Source: an uncultured Acidobacteriota bacterium (GTDB lineage: Bacteria > Acidobacteriota > Vicinamibacteria > Fen-336). From it: 64,000 nt of DNA. Position 1 is the stretch's first letter; each line of letters begins with the position of its first letter. The notes beneath the pieces were generated by a model. It worked only from the letters and a program-made list of their open reading frames with translations. It ran no database searches and was not told the origin of the DNA. The translations under genes were made by a program, and so were the position numbers. This document shows, one piece after another, positions 10,621-20,422 of the stretch. The DNA lies in NCBI GenBank assembly GCA_963740655.1, contig CAVUFF010000001.1:23442-87441 (forward strand), read 5' to 3'.

Positions 10621-13047
10621 GAAGTATAAGAAAAGAGAAAGTTAGAGAAGAGAGATAAAGAAAAAGAGATGAGGATAGGAAATGAAGGAAAGAAAAGAAG
10701 TAAAGATAGGAAGATAAAGGTAAAAGAAGAGGTAGAAGAGAGTAGAAAAATGAGAGAGAGAAGGAAAGGAGAAGAAGAAGGAGTGGAGGTAGAGGAAAAT
10801 AAAGAAAAATAAGAATAAGGAAAAAAAGAGAGATGAAAGAGATGGATAAAGAAGAGAAAGATAAAGAGAAGAAGGGAAGAGAGAGAGAAAAAGAGTAGAA
10901 GGGAGAAAAGAAAAGAGGAGTAGGGAAGGGGAAAGTAGAGTAAAAATAAAGGAAGGAGGAATAAAGAGGGGTATAAAGAGGATAAAAGAAGGAAGATAAA
11001 GAAGAAAGAAAATAAGAGGGGAAAAAGAAGGAGAAAAAAAAGATGTGAAAATAATAGTAGAAATAAGTATGGAGAGGAAGGAAGAGAGGAAAGAGGGAGA
11101 GAAGAATAGAGAGAAAAAGGAAAAAGATAATATAAGAAGAGATAAGGTAGAGAGAGAGAGGAAAAAGAAAAAAAAGGAGGAAATAGAAAGAAAAAGTAAA
11201 AAATAGGAAAGATAATAAAAATAGAAGTAATGATAAGAAGAAAAATAGTAGGAGTAGAAAAAGATGTAGAAGTGATAGTAAGAGAAAGGAAGAAGGTAAA
11301 AAAAAAAGGGTAAAGAGAAAAGATAAGATTTAGTAAAGAATAAAAATAGATAAAGTAAGGAAGAGAGAGAAAATAGAGAGAAATGAAAAAGAGATAAAAG
11401 TAAAAAAAGGAGAAAAATAGAAAGAGAAAAGAGGATAGAAGATAAAGAGAAAAAATAGAGAGAAGAAAGAGGAAAGAGAAAGAAAGAAGGGGATAGAAAG
11501 AATAATAGAAGATATAGAAGTGATGATAGAAGTAAAGATAGTAATAGAGAAGAGAGTAAAAAGAGAGGAAAAAATAATTAGTGAAAAGAAGGAAAGAATG
11601 AGGATAAAAATAAGTATAGAAAAGGTAAAGATGAGTAGAAGGAAAGTAATAGTAAAGAATGGAGTATTAGAGAGAATAAGAAAAAAAAGTGAAGTAGAGA
11701 TAGAGATAATAGAGAGGAAAGAGAGTGGGGTATTGATAGAAATAAAAGAAAGAGGTGATGTGAGAGAATAGATAGAGAGGAAATAAAAGATGAAAAAAGA
11801 GTAAGAGAAATGATAAAGAAGTGTGAGAAAGAGAGGATAGAGATTAGTAAGAAAATAGAAGAGATAAGAGTAGAAAGAAGGAAAAGTGAAAGTATAGAGA
11901 GAGAGAGAAGTATAGTAGTTAGAAGTATAGCTCATCTCTCAAGATATAAGAGGATAAAGAGGCTCTATAAGTTAAAGATGTGATAGATTCCACCGGCTGG
12001 AAGCGGCACGCCTTGTGCACAGCGATGAAGCTTTCGCAGGCAGCGGTAAGGGCGCTGGCGCTCGCCCTCGGCGCGTGAGCCTCCGTGTCGCACTCCAAGC
12101 AACGCAGCACCGCGGCATCGAGCGTCATGTGCTTGTAGAGCGCCGAGAGCAACTGCGGCCCATGTAGGTATCGGCCACCTGCGCATACCGCGCCTCGCGC
12201 GCTCTGTCCCGCAGCATGTGGTAGCAGCTCTCCTCCACGAGCAGCGCCAGCACTGCCTCTCACTCCGGCTCGCTCGCCAGACGGCTGACCGCCGCCACGA
12301 ACGCAGGCGCTACGTCTCCGGCTCGCTCTGAGGCAGCTGGTACATCATCTCGGCCACGTAGCGCTTCGTCTCCCCTCGCGTCATCGCTCCTCCTCGCTCT
12401 GCTCGTCCGTAGGCTTTTCCACAGGCTCGCTGCTCTGCACGGCCTCGGGCTCCGGCTGCGCCTCGACGGCCTGCGCGCGGCGGCGCCTGCTCGGCTTCCT
12501 CCTGCGCCTGCGCGCGCTCAGCAACTGCTCGAGACTGGCGACGGGCTTGGGCGCGCGCTCGAGGCTGAGGGCGACAAGATCCTCACGGAGCGCTCGCGAC
12601 AGCATCACGTAGTCTTCGCAAGCTGGCTCACGTGCGACGCCTGCGGTTGACGATCCAGGCGGGCTTGGCATCAAGATCTCGGCGACGTGCTCGGCATCAC
12701 GTGCTTGACGTGGCCAGCTTGAGCAGCTCGAGGTAGCGACGCGAGCGACTCCTCGCGCTTGGTAGACGCGTAGTCGGCAGCTCACTGCGGGCCTCCCGGA
12801 CAAGCGGCATGCGATTGTCGAGACCTCCAGGCTGTGCGCCTCAGCGCTTGGCGAGCGCGGACGTGCGTGCTTCCGATGCTCGATCTTCCGCCTGTGCGGA
12901 TTCCTTGAGCGGGTCACGATGGCAACCACCCGGCAACATGGGCAGCTAACCGCTGATGCACAACGAGCGGAAAACGTCTGAATGAGGGCATTAGAGGACA
13001 GGAGGCCGCGAAACGCGATCGTCCGAGGCCTGGAAAGCCGCACGCTC

Positions 13048-13217
13048 GGGGGGTACTCCTGAGAAGGGGGGTACTCCTGAGGAGTAGTCCGCGGAGTAGT
13101 TGTCCGGAGTAGCACGGGAGGGTAGGGGGGTACTACTCCTCCCGACATCTGTTTAAGTCGGGAGGAGAGGAGTAGTACCCCCCCTCCTGTGGCGTCTCGG
13201 GAGTTGTCAGGAGTAGT
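13048..13217. repeat. Iteron-like GGAGTAG/TACTCC cluster with hairpin; putative replication origin
   Basis: GGAGTAG at 13081, 13093, 13106, 13169 and 13210; inverted TACTCCT at 13054, 13072 and 13134; directly downstream of the primase gene. Confidence 0.65.
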
Positions 13218-13221
13218 GTCG

Positions 13222-15360
13222 TCACGGGGCTTCCTCGGGGTTGCTGGAGGGCTTGAGCGTGAAGATGCGGATCTGGCCGCGGCTGGTCTTCACGGGCTCG
13301 ACGGCCAGGTGGCTCTCGCGGAAGGTCGACCAGCCGGACCAGTCGGAGGGGGCGGCGTAGTTCTTCTTGCCGGCGGTCTGGTAGACCTTCACGATGTCGG
13401 CGCTCATGAGTTGGTAGCCGGGGGCGCTGCGGAAGGCCATGAGCAGGGAATCCCTGATCTGGTCCTGCTGTTGGCTGGCGCGAGCGGAGCGGGCGTCGAG
13501 GGCCTTTTCCTTCTGCTGCTCGCGGGCCTTGGCGGCGGCGGCTCGCAGGGTCTCGTCGACCGGGCCTGCGGCGCACGGGACGAGCTCACAGAACGGGGTC
13601 GAGACTTCGGCTCGGAATGAGACCACGAAGGCGTGGGGCGGGGTCTTGCGCCAGTTGGTGTAGTTCGCCTTCACGAGGTAGACGAGGCGGCGTTCGCGGT
13701 CTTCGTCGGCGGGATCGAGCAGGATCAGGATCTGGGCGCGGGCGGTGCCGGTGAGCGCGACGGAGCCGCTGCCGAGTTGTGCGGCCGAGTCGGCGGAGGC
13801 TGCGCGCTGCTGGGTGTTGGTCTTGACCAGGTGTCGGATCCACCAGATGTTGCAGCCGGTGCGGTGGCAGATGCTGGCGAGGGCGGCCATGGTCTTGCGC
13901 GTCGCGGCGTCGGACACGGCCGACTCGGGGAGGGTTGCTGCGCCGGGGTCGAGGAAGACATGGCGCAGGTCGAGGGTGCGGATGGTCGTTCGAGCTTGGC
14001 GGCGCCGATGGTGGGCAGGAACTCGTCGTTCAGGACGAGCGGGATGTCGTCGGTCGCGAACACGAGACGGCGGTCGGCGCCGGCGGCGATCGCGCGCGAC
14101 ACGATCGCCTTCTTGACCGACTCCTCGATGGTGCAGATCAAGCTGCGCTCGGGCGGGCGGATGCCCGGTCGCGTGATGTCGATCGACTGCTCGTGCAGGG
14201 GCCAGCCACGGCTCAGGCGCGCGGCCTTGTCGATGTAGTAGAGGCCCTTGCCGAGGCCTGGGTCGGCGTCGATGATGATCGGCTCGCCGCGCGGAAACCA
14301 GTGTTCGGGCTCGTCGAGGAACTCGAGGGGCTCGGGCTCGATGTCGGCGAGGCACACGACGCCGGCGAGGCCCTCGGGCTCCGTCTCGGGGTCTGGGGAG
14401 TCCGGGTCCATCGGCTCCGCCTTCGTCGCCTTTGGCTCGTAGACGTCCGCCGCGTTCGCGACGGCACGCGACACGGTCCTTTCGCCGTAGGTCATCGCGC
14501 CGCGGCGCTCGTCCCACTTCGGACGCATGAGCTTCGAGCGGCGGAATAGCCTGTCGATCCGCTCGGCGTCGCGCCGGGTCCAGAACGCCAGGTTGGAGCA
14601 GAGCGCCATGTCGGCCGACGAGTGGTCGTCGGCGTGCCCAGATAGATCGCCGTCCCAGAGCGCGCGGAACCTCAAGCCGTTCGGCTGCCGCGCACGCACG
14701 CCGCAAGAGCTCGTCGTCCTCCAGCTGGAGCTCGAGCGGCAGCGATGGCGGCAGCGGCACGCTCGCTGCCATGGGCGGGAAATACTCCGTGACGAGCCGG
14801 TCGAGCCCGTCCTGGCAGTCTTCGACCGTGGGCGGGGTGCCCTTCAGGTGCCTCCCCGTCACCGTGAAGTAGCGTCCCTTCGAGTAGATCTCGATCTTCG
14901 AGCCGGGCGTCTTCATCGGGCCGACGCGCCCGGCGACGTCGCCGGGGATCTGCCCGTCCATGAGCACGTGCAAACCGTCTCCGGATGGCGTCACCTCGGC
15001 GTAGGTCTTGAAGTGCTTTAGGATCTCGACCGCTTCGGGGATCAGCTGCCCATTCACGATCACGTGATCGAGATCCATCCCGGTCTTGTCATCGTCGAAC
15101 ACGTAGCCGAGGCCAAACTGTCGACTACTCGCGCTTGACGTGGCGATGTCGAAGCTCGCCCATGTTGCCGGGTTCGTGCTCGAGGCACCCCCGGTGCTAT
15201 CGACGCGCAGCGGTGGCTTGTCCCACTTCTGCTTTTTGTCGCTCCACGTCGGCTGCCAGTTCACCCACTGCGCGCGCTCGCGCAACTCGTCGGGGATCAA
15301 CTCGACGTTGAAGGTGGGATCAGGCCGCGGCGGGCGCGGCTTGGGCGCCTCGGTGCTCAT
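13222..15360 (-). CDS. AEP primase-polymerase (NrS-1-like) fused to a helix bundle and a RecA-like AAA_25 ATPase; two frameshifts
   Basis: AEP motifs GMDLDH, EVTPSGDGLHV and EIYSKGRYFTVTG. Helix bundle DHSSADMALCSNLAFW...IDRLFRRSKL. Walker A DADPGLGKG and Walker B VFLDP. Confidence 0.85.
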   Translation of the reverse strand: MSTEAPKPRPPRPDPTFNVELIPDELRERAQWVNWQPTWSDKKQKWDKPPLRVDSTGGASSTNPATWASFDIATSSASSRQFGLGYVFDDDKTGMDLDHVIVNGQLIPEAVEILKHFKTYAEVTPSGDGLHVLMDGQIPGDVAGRVGPMKTPGSKIEIYSKGRYFTVTGRHLKGTPPTVEDCQDGLDRLVTEYFPPMAASVPLPPSLPLELQLEDDELLRRACAAAERLEVPRALGRRSIWARRRPLVGRHGALLQPGVLDPARRRADRQAIPPLEAHASEVGRAPRRDDLRRKDRVACRRERGGRLRAKGDEGGADGPGLPRPRDGARGPRRRRVPRRHRARAPRVPRRARTLVSARRADHHRRRPRPRQGPLLHRQGRAPEPWLAPARAVDRHHATGHPPARAQLDLHHRGVGQEGDRVARDRRRRRPPSRVRDRRHPARPERRVPAHHRRRQARTTIRTLDLRHVFLDPGAATLPESAVSDAATRKTMAALASICHRTGCNIWWIRHLVKTNTQQRAASADSAAQLGSGSVALTGTARAQILILLDPADEDRERRLVYLVKANYTNWRKTPPHAFVVSFRAEVSTPFCELVPCAAGPVDETLRAAAAKAREQQKEKALDARSARASQQQDQIRDSLLMAFRSAPGYQLMSADIVKVYQTAGKKNYAAPSDWSGWSTFRESHLAVEPVKTSRGQIRIFTLKPSSNPEEAP

Positions 15361-16934
15361 ACCGCTGCCCTCCGCGCGAACGCTGCGCTCAAGGCGTCGC
15401 TCGCTTCGCCCTTGGACATCCCGTGTCGCCAAAGACCCTTGCGCAGCAATAGGTCGCGTTGCTTCTGGCTCGCGGGTGCCTGACGCCAAGGCGCGGAGCG
15501 ATCGTTGAGCAACACCGCCCGCGCCTTGTGGACGAGATCCTCGGCGACACCCTGCGCGTAGCCGAGCGGCAAACCGGACGCGACCGTCACGCCAGCGGCG
15601 CCGCGAGCGACGCGCACGACGTCCCACGCCTCGCCGCCGCGCTGAACGAGCAGCAGCAGACCATCCGCACCGAGGCTCAACGAGAAGCGCCCGGCGTCCG
15701 CCTGCGTCCAGTGCAACTTGTGGCGGCGGAAGACGTCGACCGTCTCCGCCAACAGCTGAGCCGACGCCTGCTCCTTGCGTTCCTCCGCCTCGCGCGCCAT
15801 CTCGAAGCCGAGCACCGAATCACCAAGTTCGAGCGCCTCGACCGGGGTGTCGAACAGGATCGCCGCAGTGATGAGGTCGTGCCGGGACGTCGCTCCGACC
15901 AGGTCCAGGACGAGCAGGTCAGACTTGCCGGGAAAGCTTCGCGTGCCTCGGCCAATCATCTGGCAGTAGAGCGCCTTCGAGCGCGTCGGGCGCGCGACGA
16001 TCACGCAGTCGACCGACGGCTCGTCGAAGCCCTCGGTCAACACAGCGCAGTTCGCGACAACCGGTGTCGAGCCCTCCCGCAGCCGGCGCAGGATGCCGCG
16101 CCGCGCGTCGGTCGGCGTCGCGGCATCAATCGACTCCGCGGCGACCCCCTTCGCTTGAAACGCGGCAGCCGCCGCCTTCGCTACGGCCACGGTCGGCGTG
16201 AAGACCAACGCCTTGCGCCCCAGCGCGTGCTCTACGTAGGCCCGCGCCGCGTGCTCGGGTGCGTCGGCTCGCATGAGCTCGGCCTCGACTTCGCCGAGCG
16301 CGTAGTCTCCCGCCCGTACATGGAACGAGAAGTCGGCACCCGCAAGCCTGATCTGCTTCGCCTTGATGTCGGCCAGGTACTGACCCTTGATCATCGCGAG
16401 GATCGAGGACTCGTAGACCACCTCGTCGAAGATCTCGCCGAGGCTCTCGCCATCCGCACGAAACGCGGTCGCCGTTACACCCAGGACGAGAGGACCACCA
16501 TCGGCGAACGCACCGACGCCTTCGAGCACGCTGCGATAGCTCTCGGCCGTCGCGTGGTGCGCCTCGTCGACCACGGTCGTAGTGAGGGGGCCTGCCTCAA
16601 GGATGCGAGCGAGGCGGGCCTGCCGCATGACCGTTTGCACGCTGGCAACCACGACCGGAGCGTCGGCCTCGTCGCGCTCCGCCTTCACCACGCCGACGTG
16701 GACATCCGGCGCAACGATCCGGAGTTTCTCCACGGCCTGCTCGAGCAGTTCGTCGCGGTGCGCGAGCACGAGCGCCCGGCCTCGACGACGTCGGATCACC
16801 TCCGCGAAGACGATGGTCTTGCCCGTGCCTGTGGGCAGCGCGATCAGTGGGCGCCGAATGCCTCGGGCAGCGGCAGCCTCGACGGCCTCGACCGCTGCCG
16901 TCTGGTATGGCCGCAGACTGATGGCGCCGCTCAT
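15357..16934 (-). CDS. SF2 DEAH helicase (Irc3/RadD-like, phage type)
   Basis: LRPYQ, PTGTGKT, VDEAHH, GVTAT, LTEGFD and QMIGRGTR motifs. Confidence 0.92.
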   Translation of the reverse strand: MSGAISLRPYQTAAVEAVEAAAARGIRRPLIALPTGTGKTIVFAEVIRRRRGRALVLAHRDELLEQAVEKLRIVAPDVHVGVVKAERDEADAPVVVASVQTVMRQARLARILEAGPLTTTVVDEAHHATAESYRSVLEGVGAFADGGPLVLGVTATAFRADGESLGEIFDEVVYESSILAMIKGQYLADIKAKQIRLAGADFSFHVRAGDYALGEVEAELMRADAPEHAARAYVEHALGRKALVFTPTVAVAKAAAAAFQAKGVAAESIDAATPTDARRGILRRLREGSTPVVANCAVLTEGFDEPSVDCVIVARPTRSKALYCQMIGRGTRSFPGKSDLLVLDLVGATSRHDLITAAILFDTPVEALELGDSVLGFEMAREAEERKEQASAQLLAETVDVFRRHKLHWTQADAGRFSLSLGADGLLLLVQRGGEAWDVVRVARGAAGVTVASGLPLGYAQGVAEDLVHKARAVLLNDRSAPWRQAPASQKQRDLLLRKGLWRHGMSKGEASDALSAAFARRAAV

Positions 16935-17095
16935 CGGGCGCCATCCTTGCCGCCCGACGTGTTACCACCCGTGTTGCCAGTCCAACCGGCCGACCCCGGA
17001 CCAAGCGGGTCATGCTTCGACGAGCAGTCGGCTGGATCTTCGGTTGGAGCGGCAGTTACGGCGTTTGGGTCGTCTTGGTCGGGTCCCCGTCACTA

Positions 17096-17119
17096 CAGCC
17101 AGGAGAAGGACGGCTAGAG
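17096..17119 (+). repeat. attR, second copy of the 24-bp repeat
   Basis: Identical to 2744-2767. Confidence 0.9.
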
Positions 17120-17382
17120 CCGGGGGGCCAGCTTCCCCTCGTCAACCCGACGCGGCAAAGTTTGCCCTTGACTCCTGTGCCTGTGGAGGGCAAATTCCCG
17201 CTGACCATCAGCGCCTCCCTCTCTTCATCATTCGTTGCTCATGGACAGCGCGACTGAGGCGCCTCACACCGTTCGTCCGTCAACGGGGAGGTGGCAATGT
17301 CCAGGCTAGTCCCACCGAATCAAAGCCAGCGGTGGGCGCACCCCAATGGTTTCGACAAGAACCAGACAAGGGAGGGAGAGTG

Positions 17383-17790
17383 ATGAAGGTAGGGTATTGG
17401 GTGGCCTGTCTTGGTGTCGCGTCCGTCGTCCTGATGGGTGCGGCGGGCAGCGCGAGAGCGGCTGACGAGTGGTACGTGCTTGCCGAGAAGACGCTCAAGT
17501 CCAGTGATCCAAGCACGGAAATCAAGAGCAAAGGGGATCGCTGGGAGAACGACATCAAGAAGATGAGGATCTCCGTCCAGGGCGCTGACGTGGAGATCAC
17601 GAAGGTCGTCCTCCGCTGGAGCGGTCGCCCAGACGACACCATCAGCAACGTCGGAGTCCTGAAGTCGGGAGGAGAAACGGCTCCGAAGGACGCTCCGGGA
17701 CTCAAGGCGCGCCTCGATTCGGTGATCGTCCAGTACAAGATCCTTGGTGGTGCACCGACGGCCACGCTCAAGCTCTGGGGATTCGACTGA
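17383..17790 (+). CDS. Secreted beta-rich protein (DUF2541/YaaI-like)
   Basis: GGAGG RBS, signal peptide ending ARA-A, alternating beta-strand pattern. Confidence 0.65.
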   Translation: MKVGYWVACLGVASVVLMGAAGSARAADEWYVLAEKTLKSSDPSTEIKSKGDRWENDIKKMRISVQGADVEITKVVLRWSGRPDDTISNVGVLKSGGETAPKDAPGLKARLDSVIVQYKILGGAPTATLKLWGFD

Positions 17791-17888
17791 GCGAACGCCG
17801 ACCGGCGGGGATGTTGGGGCTCGGCTTGGTCGGGGCCGCTGTTGGCCACGAGTAGGGCGGCTAGAGTCGGTCGGTGCGAGATCGGCCG

Positions 17889-18074
17889 CTAGTCGGACGT
17901 CTCGAGTGCCTTCAAGCGCTTGAGCGCCTGCTTCATGAGTTCTGCCGCATCATGGGCGATCTTTGCTTCGCCCGCGCGTTCGATGTGCGGCACTCGCCGG
18001 TTCAGCGCGTCGATGAGCTGCCGCAGATGCCGTATGGTGCGCTTCTTCTCGGCGTCGTCACTCCTGGCCGTCAT
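17889..18074 (-). CDS. Small helical hypothetical protein
   Basis: 61-aa ORF with TGCTAGAAT extended -10 just upstream. Confidence 0.55.
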   Translation of the reverse strand: MTARSDDAEKKRTIRHLRQLIDALNRRVPHIERAGEAKIAHDAAELMKQALKRLKALETSD

Positions 18075-18142
18075 GACGGCGCGATTCTAGCATCGCCGGA
18101 CGCATCAGCCACCCGATGTAGACTCCGCGCCGGAGGTGGGAG

Positions 18143-19831
18143 ATGCGCCAGGTGGCCACGACTGTGGTGCTCTTGGCTCTCGGCCTCGGGCCGGTCGGCG
18201 CGAGGGCTGCGTCCGGACCGGGCTTCGAGGTCCGGCTGGCGGCGCCGGCTCGAACGACGCCCGTGGACGGGCGGCTCGTGTTGATCGTGTCCCGGGAGCT
18301 CGAGGGCGAGCCGCGCCAGCAGGTGAAGTGGGGCAAGGACACGCAGCAGATCTTCGCCGTCGACGTCGAGGGTCTCCGGCACGGGCAGAGCGTGCGTGTG
18401 GACGCGTCCGCGCTCGGTTATCCGCTCGCGAGCCTGCACGAGCTTCCGGCCGGGACTTACAACGTGCAGGCGGTGCTGAACGTGTACGAGACCGTCCACC
18501 GGGCCGATGGCCACGTCCTCAAGGTGCCGTGGGACGACGGTGAGGGGCAGTCGTGGGACAGCTCCCCGGGCAACCTGAGGAGCAAGCCCAGGCAGGTCGC
18601 CTTGGACGCGCGCAGCGTGATCGCTCTGGATCTCACCGAGACGATCCCGCCGATCCCGCTGCCGGCGGACACGAAGTACGTGCGCAGCGTGACGGTCGAG
18701 AGCGCGCGGCTCTCGCGCTTCTGGGGGCACCCGGTGTCGCTGCGCGCGATCGTGCTGGTGCCCGAGGGCTTCGACGAGCACCCCGAGCGGCGCTACCCGG
18801 TCGCGTTCGAGCAGGGCCACTTCGAGCGGGGCTTCCCCCTGTTCCGCGAGACGCCGCCCGACCCGAGCGCCCAGGGCGACGCGCGACGCCACCAGGACCT
18901 GGGTTATCGGGCCTTCCAGGACTGGACGAATGACCGGCTGCCGCGGATCCTCGTGGTCCTCACCCAGCATCCCACGCCCTACTACGACGACTCCTACGGT
19001 GTGAACACCGCCAACATGGGACCCTACGGCGATGCGCTCACGCAGGAGCTCTACCCGGAGGTCGAGCGGCGCTTCCGCGCGATCGGCGAGCCGTGGGCAC
19101 GCGTGCTCTTCGGCGGGTCGACGGGCGGCTGGATGAGCCTCGCGCAGCAGATCTTCTATCCCGACTACTTCGGCGGCACGTGGAGCCTCTGCCCGGACCC
19201 CGTGGACTTCCACGCGTTCCAGCTCGTCAACGTCTACGAGGAGAAGAGCGCGTACTTCGACGTCGGTCCCTTCGACCGCATTCCCAAGCCGCTCGGGCGG
19301 CTGCGGGACGGCCGGACGCTCGCCACCATGGAAGGGTTCAGCCGCCAGGAGGCCGTGCTCGGCACGCGCGGCCGCTCGGGCGGCCAGATGGACGCGTTCC
19401 ACGCCGTGTTCGGCCCGGTCGGCCCCGACGGCTACCCGGCGAAGCTATGGAAGGCGGATACGGGCGAGATCGACCCCGATGTCGCCCGCTACTGGCGCGA
19501 GCACTTCGACCTCACCGCCATCCTGCAGCGCGACTGGCCGACGCTCGGGCCGAAGCTCGTCGGCAGGCTCCACTTGACGATGGGCACCAAGGACACCTTC
19601 TACCTGGACGGCGCCGCGCACCTGCTCGAGAACTTCCTCGACGGCACGAAGCGACCCGGCAGGGGTCCTTACTGGGGCGGCACGTTCGAGTGGGGAGCCG
19701 ACGAGCCTCACTGCTACTCGGGCAAGTTTGCGCCGGGCGAGACCTTCGAGACGCACTACCTGCCGATCTTCGCCGCGCACGTGCGTGGAATGGCGCCCGC
19801 CGACGCCGACGTCCAGGGCTGGGCTAGATAG
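18143..19831 (+). CDS. Secreted alpha/beta-hydrolase (putative esterase family)
   Basis: Signal peptide; nucleophile elbow GGSTGG; MGTKD and a C-terminal His. Confidence 0.8.
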   Translation: MRQVATTVVLLALGLGPVGARAASGPGFEVRLAAPARTTPVDGRLVLIVSRELEGEPRQQVKWGKDTQQIFAVDVEGLRHGQSVRVDASALGYPLASLHELPAGTYNVQAVLNVYETVHRADGHVLKVPWDDGEGQSWDSSPGNLRSKPRQVALDARSVIALDLTETIPPIPLPADTKYVRSVTVESARLSRFWGHPVSLRAIVLVPEGFDEHPERRYPVAFEQGHFERGFPLFRETPPDPSAQGDARRHQDLGYRAFQDWTNDRLPRILVVLTQHPTPYYDDSYGVNTANMGPYGDALTQELYPEVERRFRAIGEPWARVLFGGSTGGWMSLAQQIFYPDYFGGTWSLCPDPVDFHAFQLVNVYEEKSAYFDVGPFDRIPKPLGRLRDGRTLATMEGFSRQEAVLGTRGRSGGQMDAFHAVFGPVGPDGYPAKLWKADTGEIDPDVARYWREHFDLTAILQRDWPTLGPKLVGRLHLTMGTKDTFYLDGAAHLLENFLDGTKRPGRGPYWGGTFEWGADEPHCYSGKFAPGETFETHYLPIFAAHVRGMAPADADVQGWAR

Positions 19832-19910
19832 GACGGCGCTCGAGGCCCGATGTTCCATCGGCGAGCCAGGCAAGACCCGCGCGGGCTTCGAGTGCTACCC
19901 TGAGGTGTTC

Positions 19911-20295
19911 GCGGAGCGGGCCGGGCGGTCGCCGCGGCGGCGTTATAGCCGGGGAGGAAAGTCCGGACTCCATAGGGCAGCGTGCTGGTTAACGGCCAGC
20001 GGGGGCGACCCCAGGGAAAGTGCCACAGAAAGCGATACCGCCGAACTCGCGGGGGTGACTCCGCGGGTGGCAAGGGTGAAAAGGTGCGGTAAGAGCGCAC
20101 CGCCGCCGTGGTGACACGGCGGGACAGGGAAAACCCCACGCGGAGCAAGGCCGAATAGGGGGGCGTTTGAGGTCGGCCCGGCCGAAGCCCCCGGGTTGGT
20201 CGCTCGATCCCGCGGGTAACCGCGGGGCTAGAGGAATGATCGCCGCCCGCCGCGCGAGCGGCGGGGACAGGATCCGGCTTACAGGCCCGCTCCGC
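19911..20295 (+). ncRNA. rnpB: RNase P RNA (type A)
   Basis: GAGGAAAGTCCGG, AGTGCCACAGAAA, GGTAAGAG and ACAGGATCCGGCTTA conserved segments; complementary ends GCGGAGCGGGCC/GGCCCGCTCCGC followed by a T-run. Confidence 0.96.
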
Positions 20296-20310
20296 GAACG
20301 CTTCTTTTTT

Positions 20311-20422
20311 CTGGGGGGTGTTGCGTCACACCCCCCAGACCCCCCGCTCGCTCCGGTGGAGTGAATCCACCTTCGCTCGCAGCCCGTTGCTTGCAAGGGG
20401 GTGTTGCGTCACACCCCCCAGA
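20311..20422. repeat. Structured dispersed repeat, copy A (20311-20390) plus a partial copy (20397-20422)
   Basis: 71/80 ungapped identity to 59584-59663 by manual alignment; two hairpins. Confidence 0.85.

Larger units (their letters stand above)
2768..17119. mobile_element. Integrated phage-satellite-like or defective prophage element, ~14.3 kb
   Basis: Flanked by 24-bp direct repeats; integrase at the left end; phage-type primase, helicase, nuclease and terminase genes; composition differs from the flanks. Confidence 0.88.

Noticed and set aside
11330-11935. F/S/L/I-rich 201-aa ORF resembling a membrane or mitochondrial protein, and the K/E/R-rich ORF opposite it
   Set aside because: By-product of the low-complexity purine tract; no motif.
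13048-13217. Mini CRISPR array
   Set aside because: Repeats are 6-16 bp, in both orientations and irregularly spaced.
15459-17117. 552-aa + strand ORF ending in SQEKDG like the regulator
   Set aside because: Antisense shadow of the helicase; the shared ending only reflects attR.
19728-20396. ORFs overlapping rnpB
   Set aside because: Region is explained by RNase P RNA.
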